Below, one piece after another: positions 1 through 11,036 of a stretch of 39,883 nt of DNA. Position 1 is the first letter of the stretch; every line of letters starts with the position of its first letter. Made by a program: the position numbers and the translations under genes. Source of the DNA: Paraglomus brasilianum (Eukaryota); NCBI GenBank assembly GCA_910592345.1, contig CAJVPI010000241.1:1-39883 (forward strand), read 5' to 3'. The notes under the pieces are model-generated. The model was not told where the DNA came from, made no database searches, and saw only the letters and a list, made by a program, of their open reading frames with translations.

Positions 1-75
1 TCGTTATAAGGAATTTCTGGTTATAAGGAATATTTTCTCTGGTCCCGTAGAATTCGTTATAACCAGCTTTGACTG
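1..75. mobile_element. One end (TIR plus subterminal repeats) of a pogo/Tigger-like DNA transposon or MITE, truncated by the window start
   Basis: Ends CGTTATAACCAGCTTTGACTG followed by TA (76-77); reverse complement reads TA-CAGTCAAAGCTGGTTATAACG, a pogo-type CAGT TIR. GTTATAA core repeated three times in 1-62. The other end is not visible. Confidence 0.65.
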
Positions 76-749
76 TACAACTTTGGATGTCTTGTTTGCA
101 TGCATGTATTATATTTTCATCGTCTTTCAGTTTGCCCTTCGCACTTCACAGTCTTTTTTCCATTGTCGTATTATATTCGTCAGTGTATTTGGTAGCTTAC
201 ATACACTTCACCAATCGGTGGTCAGAAATTTCCTGGAAAAAAAACTTTTAGCTTTGTCAATCAAAACTGGAATCCCCCAGATTGACTTTTGTGTTAATTA
301 AATACTAACTGTGATTTGATTATCGTATGACACTTGAAACAGACGAGAAATGCGGATAATGATAAACTAGAATGGGATGTTAATGCTTATATACAAGATT
401 ATTTACTTACTTCCCTTCACGGAAATTATATGAATATCTTGAACTCCACGACTCAATGCTGGATTCACAAAGACTTTTCTTTAGGATATTTATATCCTGC
501 TGAGCATAATCGCCCGTCAATATCCTTGTCACAGCTATATAAGCTTCGTTGGATTTGAGACAAAGAGGGTTATTGACTTGTATTGGGACTTGGTCGGCAG
601 TAAGCGTTTTAAGATAAAGGCGAGATTCTGTAGACCGGATAAGGGAAAGAAGTAAGCAGATATACGAATGATCAAACAAACAAAACAAAATAAACGGAAC
701 GACACGCTATATACTCCGTAAGATATAATCTATTAGCATCCAATGTCAT

Positions 750-1237
750 CTAGCACATAGCCGTAATTGCTTCCAAAGTGCGACAGATTTCTATACACAC
801 TGCATCCACACTATAATCCAATTATCCACTCATAGGTACAAATACTCACCAACATTATCTACAAACACAATCAAAGTTTTCTCTCTGCCTGCCAACCTCC
901 TAATCTTCGTATCAGGACTTAGCCTTCCCGCTCTTGTACTCAACAACAGTACTTGCCCCAAACTCTCCTTGTCGATAGCAGGCGCAAGTTCGCTTTTCAC
1001 AACCTTTTTCGTATCAGCTACGTCTGCATCATAAGGCACCAGTACCTTCACTGCATCCGTATGCCGCGGGTGTTTGACCCAGAAAACTAGCTTCTTCTCA
1101 TCGTGAGTAGAGAAGAATACATAGTAGGCCGTGAAAGCGACAGCAAGAACGAAGAGGAACGAAGAGAAAGGTGAAGGTAGTTTGGACGGACGGACGGTGC
1201 TAGTTGGCGGAGGAAGAGCAGAGTTTATTACTGCCAT
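750..1237 (-). CDS. Small hypothetical protein: N-terminal hydrophobic helix plus ubiquitin-like (Crinkler-header-like) domain
   Basis: Exons 1237-850 and 790-750; intron 849-791 (GTGAGT...TAG) gives ...FVDNVEICRTLEAITAMC*. TM segment FSSFLFVLAVAFTAYYVFF, then VFWVK..AVKV...DVADTKKVVKSELAPAID. Fold assignment is by resemblance only. Confidence 0.65.
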
Positions 1238-2276
1238 TCTGGAACTGACGGGTGGGAGGGTGAGAGTAAAGTGAATGCAAGGTATTTAAGCGTGTCAAAA
1301 AAGCTGCGGGGTTGGAATGTGATTATCTTGTGTTATGTTGGTGTAACATCGATCAAGAGATGTGCTTCATTATTGGCCGCTTTTTAATAAATTTGGATAT
1401 CTCTATTAAAAGGCGGTTGCCTTATTAATAATTGGAGTAAACAAGTATCCACTATTCTTGCTTTGACAGCATCTAAATTGGAGATTAGTAAAAGTTGCTT
1501 GTTTGACATTATAAATATATGAAGCATTCGGTAAACAACGTATTACAATACAAATCTCATCGGGGGAAAAATAGGCTTGTCGTTATAAATAACTCGGGTT
1601 AATTTACTATCAGCAATAGTCTAGTTTATATGTCTCTCACACGCAATTGAAATATAACCAAAACTATTTCCTGCATACTTTCGATTACGCTTCTTTATTA
1701 AGTCTATTAGAATAACGAATTCAGCTAGCAAAAGTTTGTCCCCGCATAACATGAACGCTGTTAGAAAGTCATTCTCTCTATCACAACTTCAATTTTCGGA
1801 GTCTTTGGCATTTTTATTAATAAAGCCTTTTATCGTAGGAAGGACACATAATATAAATTATAAAGCTAATCTGCACACGTAAAACAAAATTAAATTATTA
1901 TTTGATTATCATAATCAGAGGAATATGAAACTGTGACGCGAAGACTTTAATTATCAGACGTTAGCGAATCCCCGGCGATTGTATTACATTGGTCAAATAT
2001 GTCGCACGTGGCGCAGTATATATTACTTTACAAATAAAGGGGCACACCTTTCTATAAAACATAAACGGAACAGTCTAAAATTGCAGAGTGCCGTAAGTTG
2101 TCCACATGCTTCTGTCACTTCAACGTCAAACGATCGCAGTTTATTAAACGTAAGCATGACCAAGTCATAGTCTATGAGCCTTTACGTCGGTTTGCGATTT
2201 TGACACAGTCGCAAGCAAAAGTCGAAACTAACACAACACACTCTTTAACGATTTCAGATACGAAATTCTGCACGAG

Positions 2277-2360
2277 CATGACTCTATTACATTGTATGCT
2301 TTTGTGTCGTGACTCGATTTCACTGTATGCTTTTTGTGTTATGACTTAATTTCACTGTAG
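2277..2360. repeat. Degenerate ~31-32 bp tandem repeat, about 2.7 copies
   Basis: Units CATGACTCTATTACATTGTATGCTTTTGTGT / CGTGACTCGATTTCACTGTATGCTTTTTGTGT / TATGACTTAATTTCACTGTAG. Confidence 0.75.
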
Positions 2361-3702
2361 CTTCCTAATTTGTATGATCGGATAGTATCTGCGGAATTGA
2401 TACTTCGTTATCAATCCCACACGTAACACACATGACTATACTTGACCATAGTATTAGTATCTGAATCTCGACATCAAATTCTGCTTATCCGACAATAAAT
2501 CAAAGACTCAAAGCTTCATTTTCCATTAGAATTCACAGATGATTCTTAACTAATGTGATAATGAGATAAATGATGATGCAGAATACGTGTATTACTATGA
2601 TTTAAGCAACGGGCCATTAAAAAAGAATCATAATTGTTCGGTTTCATTATCTATATGTGCATTTATGAAAGACCTTATCACATGTAAGTTTCCATCTCAA
2701 GAGAATACAAAGAAGATGATGTATATTTATATCGTTCAACGCAAGAATTATGAAGATGGAATCGAGTTATAGTTATAAATGAATTCGACAATGTGTTTAA
2801 TACAAGATTCTTGCTCAGCGATTAAACGATCAATGTAAAATTAAATCGATAGTGATAACTACAAGTATTTTAATCAAATACTTCCGCAGAAACATTATTC
2901 AGATTCGATTATAAGTGCACTTAATATCACACATTGATTTTCGATACATGTAAACGTAGAATTGCAGCGATTAATAATTAATAAAAAATTACGTGGAAAT
3001 TAAACTCACGACATTGCCACGTAGTTCATAATTTCAGAAGCTATTTTGTTTTTTAAAAATTGTTGCGTTAATATTATTGATACTTAACAGATAAACGATC
3101 AAGATTAAGGGGGGGGGATGGGAAAATACCACTACTACCTCTTGTTCACACCATCACAAATAGCACAATAGAAAACACACGATTAGCTGTCTTCCTCTCC
3201 TTTAATCCCTAATTTACAACATTTGATTTCGTAAAAATTAGGCCTAATTTTTAATTCTTGTTATCGGTTATGATTGTTATAAGAAAGAATATTCTCGACT
3301 TAGATATTCTCCAACGATGAATATTCACAACAATATTATTTCTTGTATTAATATCGTCATTCTTTTACCATATTTTCTTTTTGGCGAGTTGTTCTTAAAA
3401 TAATAAAGTATTCATATATAGTGATTAAATACAACGATCCGAGTATTTCAATCTCTACGATCCGATAGGAATCGATAAAAAGTGATCAATGTTATTCTTG
3501 GGTCTAAATTACGCATTAAGCACTATTACTATCTTGCTATGTGAGATACGCCTAATTAAAATTGATTTTTTTTGCATATCGATATTAATATATGTGAAAC
3601 TCCACTACCTATTTTGTAAAACTCATGTGTGACATAATCACATGACCAGAAACCATGACTAACCTGTGACAATGAGGAACGAAAAGCTTCCTATCGCAAG
3701 AG

Positions 3703-4472
3703 ATGTCTGTTGGAAGCGTCTGCCCGCTAATAGACGATCTCTTATTTATTAAAGGGACTCCCACTGTGTTGGGCGAAGTACCACAAGCAGGAGGGAAGAG
3801 GATCTATGTGGTGGAATTCTGGGTATGTGTAAACTAATATTCCATATGGATGATGATGGATAGTAAAGACGGTATTTTGAAAGGAGTCAAGATAAAATTG
3901 TCATCTTATAAGTTTTTTTCTAGGCGACATGGTGTTGGCCTTGCAGGGAATCGTGAGTTTCGTAATTGGTGCATCATATAGATGAAATACTCGAAGATAT
4001 TCACATCTTTTATTGCGCTAGAATACCACATTTGTCCGGATTAGGTGAAAAATACAAAGGTCATGGAGTCACGGTTGTTGGAGTTACTAGAGAGAAGGAT
4101 CATGACGTTAGTATCTTTCTCTTAATCTTGCTTGATGAATTTGCATAGTTATGATTCTCAGACTTCGCTACGATTCACAGAAGGTAAAGCAGTTTGTTGC
4201 TGAAATGGGCGATAAAATGAGTTATAACGTCGCTATCGACGTAAACTTGACTGCTAGAGAAGGTATAAGTTTATAAGTGGATTCATGTCTTATATATTTG
4301 GCGTTTCTTTTTGCTGATCGATATATTGTACTTTGCAGCGTTGTACACCCCGAGTAACGCGCCAGGAATTCCAAAGGCATTTGTATTGCTAAATAATGTC
4401 GTCTTTTGGCATGGACATCCAGTTGACGATGACATTGAAGCCGAAATAATTAAAGCTATCGAGAGCAATTGA
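3703..4472 (+). CDS. Thioredoxin-fold TlpA/ResA-like redoxin (thiol-disulfide oxidoreductase), 149 aa, 5 exons
   Basis: Exons 3703-3822, 3924-3952, 4022-4106, 4181-4262, 4339-4472, all GT-AG and phase-consistent. Translation: ...GGKRIYVVEFWATWCWPCRESIPHLSGLGEKYKGHGVTVVGVT...VKQFVAEMGDKMSYNVAID...GIPKAFVLLNNVVFWHGHP..., with CxxC and the cis-Pro GIP motif. Largely missed by the ORF track. Confidence 0.92.
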
Positions 4473-4741
4473 TAAAATAAATCAAAGTATAAGTCACAGA
4501 TGGCTTACTGATTAATTAGTATTTTAAAGAGTATATTATTTAAATCATAAAGCACTTGCGGAAGTTACATCATTCTCGGCTTCGCAGGCTATTGTTGAGA
4601 TACTTCATTCTCAACACATAGTAACATCTTTCAGTCACGTCCCGCTTAATTCGTCGTTCTACCGTTTTCTCCTCCCCATTCGGTTACTGCCACTACACCC
4701 TCTTTCATCTATTTACGCTTTCGCAGCTCTTCTGTCCCAAT

Positions 4742-7037
4742 CTAGACGCTCCCATCTTGATTAATCATCCCTTGCAACCCTAACCCATTACCCAACGCGT
4801 TTCCGCCATTTCCTATATTCTGAATGATACCATTGCCATTCAAATTAGTAACTGTTCCACCAGCCATTGCGTTATTGGCCATCAGTCCATTACCAAATCC
4901 ATTGTTACCGTATCTCATGACTCCATAAACATTGGCAGGATTCACAAAGCCATTTCCAGAAATGCTATTATTTCCTCCGATATACCCATTAAATCCCATA
5001 TTTTGCAACTGCTGCAACTGCTGGGCATTAAATGTGTCGTTAATCCCCAACAATGACGGAAAAGCCATGTTTTGCACTTGTGTGTTGGATGATGTGAATG
5101 ATGGAATGTTGTTCATTCCGACAAGAGAAGGCAGCCCTTGGTATGAATTATCAGCGGCGACAGTGGTCATCGCTGTATAATCGGGAATAATGGAATTAAC
5201 TACAGATGGAGAGGTGAAGTTGGCAGACATCATCGTGGGGAGAAGTGATTGCTGTAGAGATTGGATTCGCTGCGTTGATTGTGATGGAGACAGTTGCTGC
5301 TGTTGTTGTGCAGGGAGATGCTGTGGAGAGAGATGTGGTTGAGGAGAGAGGTGTTGCGGAGGAGGCGGCGTATGTACGTCTAGCTGTTGCTGTTGTGAAT
5401 GCTGTGGTTGTGAATGTTGCGGTTGTGACTGAGGCGACGGTTGTTGTTGTAGTTGCTGTAGTGCTTGTTGTGATTGTTGTGATTGTTGTTGTGGTTGTTG
5501 TTGCGGCTGTTGTTGTTGCGGCTGTTGTTGCTGTTGTTGTGACTGTGATTGTTGTTGTTGCTGTTGTTGCTGTTGTTGTTGTTGTCCTTGTTGTTGTTGT
5601 TGCTGCTGTTGCTGTTGTAACTGAGCGTTATTTATTGACGGAGATACTTTGGCTGGCTGCTGACGCGGTTGTTGTGATTGTACCTGTGGCTGAAGCTGTT
5701 GTTGTAGGCGTGGATTCCGTTGAGGTAATTGTACCTGAGCTGTTAAAAGAGAATTGTGTTGTAGTTGTGCTGTTTATAGCTGTCCCTGATACTGTTAATT
5801 AACATCATATACCATACCAGCTCCGTTGTGTTGACCATTTGTCACTTTAAATTGTTGTAGTGACGATGGGTCACTTGTCGTTTCAGGGGGCGGATTGCTT
5901 GACGGAACCGAAGGACCAGCTGTATTCTGAATTGATTTAAATTGTGCATATATTTGAGCAGCTCTCTGCAGGAGTGCGTTCAATCTCAAAGGATTGGCTG
6001 ATTTTGATTGTGGCAATAAACTAAAATCGGGCTCGGTTTTTGTTTTTGCACCCTTATAAGTAATAGCACAAGGTTGCGATTGTCAGTAGTGAACCGCCTG
6101 CAAATAACAATGCCAACGTAAATATCTATGGATGTCTTACTCCCTGTGGATGGCTATACTGATCGGCCACAGTTGCCAAATATGAAAGGTTCGATTGGAG
6201 TCGCATCTTGTATCTTTAATAAACAAAATTTGGTTAACACCCTCACTCATTCTGTCGCCAGCATGATCACACCATTCAGCTAGATATAACACTTACAGCG
6301 TAAACTCGTTTTCATTTACCCAACTGTGTTCTTGATATTCTATTAATATACGAATTATCTCTTTGTTTACGTCGAGTAACTGAATAAACAAAAATAAAAT
6401 TAGATTCAACCACAATTAAACGTTCTCGAACACTGCCAGCATCACTAAATAATCTCACCGCTTGTACACATCTCTGCGTATATTCTGAAAGTAACGAATG
6501 GTAATGAAACGATATTTATTTGATTGTATTTTCTCCATTTTCTGACTATGCCAAACCAACACAAAAATAACCAACCGTGTTCAATCGACCTATTAATATT
6601 TGCATTCGCCATTGCTGAAACTTGATTTCCAACTTTTGTATCGATATTTCCACTCAAATCAGCAACTATATTCCCGTTTGCAGCTCCAGTCATACTGACA
6701 CCTGCATTAGCATTCGTTGTTTCTATTAGTCTCTCTATTAAGCAAATAAGAAAAGCTCATGCTCCCATCCTACAACACTGCTGCTCGCACCGTCTACGTT
6801 CAAGCTCTGTGGGGTAACATATGTTGCTGTTTGATCTGACTTGTATTGCACCTGTACGGGTGCAATAGCCTGTCCGACAGACGAGACGGTCTGATCGGTA
6901 GGAAGCCAGGAGGAGTATTGCGTATCATACTGGGACACTTGGCCCGATGTTAGGTATAAGTTTGTGAAGGGAGGTTGGAGACTGTTTGGATTGTTCATTT
7001 GAGAGATCGAGTTGGAAAATAACGGACGGGCCTGCAT
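4742..7037 (-). CDS. SS18/SYT/GIF-family (SSXT domain) SWI/SNF-associated coactivator with polyQ/P and G/N-rich C-terminus
   Basis: Phase-consistent exons 6722-6576, 6484-6459, 6379-6297, 6213-6141, 6052-5818, 5739-4742 give YTQRCVQALLDVNKEIIRILIEYQEHSWVNENEFTLYKMRLQSNLSYLATVAD, matching the SSXT pattern (LD.N..LI..I..YQ...L..NL.YLAT.AD). The first exon (ATG 7037 to ~6774) has an uncertain donor/acceptor pairing. Confidence 0.82.
5381..5620 (-). repeat. Coding (CAA/CAG)n polyglutamine tract inside the SSXT gene
   Basis: Long imperfect TTG/CTG run on + that reads Q-rich (QQQPQQQ...) in the open - frame. Confidence 0.9.
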
Positions 7038-8444
7038 TTTCGGGTGTATCACAACTAATATGTCGATCTCCTAAAAAAAGATGCGGAATACGAAATTTTA
7101 TTTTATTTTTTTTTTTTCCCATTTTACTCAAAAGTCGAATAATGCCAACAACCTTCAGAAACCGACTACTTAAATATCTGATATAAGAGATGTCCTGTAC
7201 GTGCAATTTTGTGTATACTGTATATATTTAATTTGTTACTTGATTGCTGAGAATGTAAATTTCCTTATTGTTCCATTAATAGTTTTTGCTTGCGGCAGGG
7301 TTTTTTGAGCGTTGAATATAATAGTGTCGGGATTCTTGACGAAACTGCGAAGTAGATATTGGTAATAGCAATAGGAGCATGACTATTGTACACTTAATTG
7401 GGCCAAGTTATAAAAATAAATAAACATAAATATCATTATAGATATATCAGAACAAATAAAATGAGAAAGATGATATAATGGCATGCTCCATGCCGGTCAG
7501 AATAAATCCAAAAGTCATTTTTATTGACAATAAATATGCTGAAACAAAACCAGACAACATTTCTACATAGAATGGCTGGTATGGCTGGAATATTAACAAT
7601 TATTTATATACTATAAAATTGACATTAATTTACATTAAAATCTACTTTACTGTAAACCTAAAAATTACAGCGCAATCAGAAGTATTAAAAAAAAAAAGGT
7701 GAAAAAATCGCATCTTATGTTTTAAAATGAATAACACCAAAGTATCAGAATAGATAAGAAAAAATTACTTACTAAATTTATCGAGAGAAAAAAAGCAAGC
7801 GTTAACATAATGGATTAAGAAAAAATAATAATAAAAAAAGAAGAAACATATAGGAAAGCAATTTAACGTAAAAGCTTCCCATAAAGATCGAGCGACCTAT
7901 CAACGAAAAATCGGTCCTTGTAGTCTTTGGCTTGTTGGTAAAAAGAACGACTACTCTGTAATGTCTAGTCGTATGTTCGCGCGTTAAACTTCTGTGGGCT
8001 GCGTCTCCAAATATCAGTCTCAGAGTAACTGATGGAGACTATATTCTCGATTGCTGTATCGGTTAGATAAATGGACTCTAGGTTATAAATAACCGCTAAT
8101 TAACAAATGCCACGTCCGATTAATGATCGCTGTTGTAAGCGAAGAGAGGGATGATTATTATTTACACTTGTTAATCGGGTAATTGATTCAAGAATTATTA
8201 TTCTGCAATAACCGAGTAATAAACTGAATGAGTGATGAATTATCAAAAGATTTATCACCTTTATTTATAGGAAATTCAAGCAATATATATTTTTCTAGAT
8301 TGGATATTAATAATTATCTAAATTAATTAGTATTTTGCAAACCATATATTTCCAACATATTTGTTCGCTGAATTAATCATGTGATTTGGACGAATATTTG
8401 TTTATTCGCTGAAATTTAAACGAACCCTGTCTTACATAAAACAA

Positions 8445-8660
8445 CGGCAAACTCTCATTCAAGCTATTAGTCGAGATTTCTGAGCTTCAAAAGAGAATGC
8501 TTGCTCATAGACAAAAATATTGTATTCTTGGCTGAGAATACGAAATTAAAACAGCTATGGAAGACACAAGCTAGATTCGCGAAACTAGAGCAGAACGTTA
8601 AAGAAAACTGATCTTACTGTATAGCTAAACTGGAGTACGATGTCTCACTAATCAATGAAT
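8445..8660 (+). pseudogene. Frameshifted remnant of a coiled-coil expanded-family gene
   Basis: Broken frames read KLLVEISELQK...AENTKLKQ...ARFAKLEQN...AKLEYDVSLINE, a heptad pattern resembling the N-terminus of high-copy Glomeromycotina hypothetical proteins (family from recollection). Confidence 0.45.
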
Positions 8661-10133
8661 AGGGCTTGCAAGACAAGAACGCTCCATACCATCAAACTGT
8701 TGTAAAGTTTTGCAGTCTTCAGTAAGTTTACAAGTACCTGAACCTGATTCTCCTGAAGTAAATTCTGACAATACCTCATGTTTAAATGCTTTATCGCAAT
8801 ACCCGCAATGCAAGAAATGAATTCAGAATTTTTGCGATCATGTAAGGAAACTCGGCATAATTTTTTTCTAATTATAGCCCCTGTAAAGAAAAGAAAGTCA
8901 TGAATATGTAATTCAGTAATTACAAATTGTATCATTTTTGGTTATTTTTAAACCCCCATAATCATTAGTAATGAAAATCGAGATCCCTTCTATATCACCA
9001 ACGAATTTATTACAGGAATCAAATGGGGTTTTGGGAGAGCGATTTGTTGCGTGGGTGTGTTTGCCGACCGGGGGATGTTACCAGGCCTAGCTCGTTCTGT
9101 CGCCCTTACTACGATAGTAAGACTGAATTAAGCCTACAAGTGACCTATTAATTAATTATGCGCGCTTTTCGCTCCCTATCCAAGTTTCAAACACTCGCGA
9201 ATATAAATAATGGTATCTCTAATAGAATAATAACAACAATTATTCTATTAAAGAATCGAAGGGGAATACAATAACAAGGCTATCTTTGATTTGTGTTTCG
9301 ACTGGTCGGTTTCCGTCACTTGTTTTACTAAACTAATTAAACAATAATCGTCTTTGATAATTAATTATGAACTCTCGTTCCGTTATTTACGCGGACAGCT
9401 TACTAGCTTGATCAAATCAATGCTATTCAAATGAGCCGTTTTACTGGACTGTCCGGTCTAATAATCAATTATTTCGACGATGAAAGGATAAAATATGTGT
9501 ATTGCAAATGAAGGATTTCGGGAGTATACTACTAAGATCAATAGTATTATTTAAATAACAACTTCCGCATTCAACATTCGAACATGAAGACTTGACGATG
9601 GAGGAAGAACAATTAATTTAGCGTTTGTGCTGTGACGTCAGTCTGGTTTTGTTGCAGCACGCCCCGAGTAAGACAGATACAATGGATCTAAACCTAGTGT
9701 TAGAAGGTCAAGAGACGATGAATCCCACGTGTCACAGAAGGATATCAATAGCACAACCAATGGCTCTTAATATTGTTATCAATATTTAGTATTATGATCG
9801 AATGCTGAATGAAAATAATAGTTACAAAATCAAGCCACATAATTTATATTTGAATTTTGTACCACAAGATTCTCTTTATCAATCTATTGATTTTGTTGCC
9901 TAAATGAATATTAACACGAGTTTGTTTATGCGTAAACAATGGCGATCAAGATCTACTCGAAGATCACTCTTCAACTTTAAAAAGTTTGCTGAAGATTCTG
10001 CCATTTTATTGGATCCGATAAGACTCTTAGTTATTGTGTCTTTTCGTCAAATCCGAAATTTCCCTAAATCAAATGCATATCGATATCTCGCATAAAGTGT
10101 CTTAAAAATAATTGAGCTAGCACAACATATACA

Positions 10134-10305
10134 CAGTGAAATTCACTTTAACGAAGACATTCGTTCCACGATTTTGCTTCGTTAACCTGAAAGTTCGCTT
10201 AAGTGAACTGTCTTTTTATATAAAATATATGAATCCGTTCTGGAAAAAACTTCGTTATAAAGCGATCTTCGTTAAAGTGAGACTTCGTTAAAGTGAATTT
10301 CACTG
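10134..10305. mobile_element. 172-bp pogo-type MITE
   Basis: Perfect 23-bp TIR CAGTGAAATTCACTTTAACGAAG / CTTCGTTAAAGTGAATTTCACTG; internal CTTCGTTA repeats; flanks CA/TT, i.e. a degenerate TA target duplication. Confidence 0.85.
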
Positions 10306-11036
10306 TTACATATCTATTACACATTATTTTTTTAGTACGGAATTCTATCCCCATTATTTGCTAAAAAAAGCTCACGTGTTGAATCATATTAGCTACATGC
10401 GTATCAAAGTTTATTAATACAAAACACGACTGCTCTAGTTAATACAAAATATAGTCATAATATAAACCACATTTATTCTATATGCGGACGAGTGACATGT
10501 ACAGCGATACGAGTCTCTCGATTGGAAAGTGAATTAGGACGTTGATGCCGGTTCGCGTTTTTGTAATATTATTTCCCGTGTTATACAAATGAAAATCGAA
10601 GGTTTTCATACCCAAGCTGAATTAATCATGCTAATACGGGAAGAAAATTACTTCAGTAACTAATTACGGGATCCGAAACAATTTTTTGTAGGTGCGCCCC
10701 GCAAGAAGAACCTGGAAGATAACGCATCTCATGTGATTTGAGCAAACGAATTTAGTCTATTTTTGAACTCTGATCCCAACACAGTTAACAGCGACCGGAA
10801 CAGTGAACGTCTCGACTTCTCATCACGGTTAACACTCAATGGAATTAGTTATTCTTGCTTACGGTCTATACAACTCTTGCTAGCTGAGTAAATGTTTAGG
10901 TGTGAACAACAGACACACTGAATGACTTTTAATAAAAAGGAAGCATAATTGTTATAATACTGTAAAGTATTTGCTATATTTACAGCTGTTGCCTATCTTA
11001 AATAAAATCACATATCTGCCAATTTCCTGCGACATA

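Noticed and set aside
69..688. Short ORFs near the window start
   Set aside because: Mostly non-ATG starts, no recognisable motifs and no consistent splice model.
4776..4787. CAACCCTAACCC, resembling a telomerase template or telomeric repeat
   Set aside because: It lies antisense within SSXT codons (GLGL) with no supporting RNA structure.
5245..5802. 185-aa Val/Ala-rich ORF that looks like a membrane protein
   Set aside because: It is the antisense shadow of the polyQ tract in the SSXT gene.
7374..7489. Short inverted repeat GGAGCATG...CATGCTCC, a possible MITE
   Set aside because: Only an 8-bp perfect match with weak extension and no clear target duplication.
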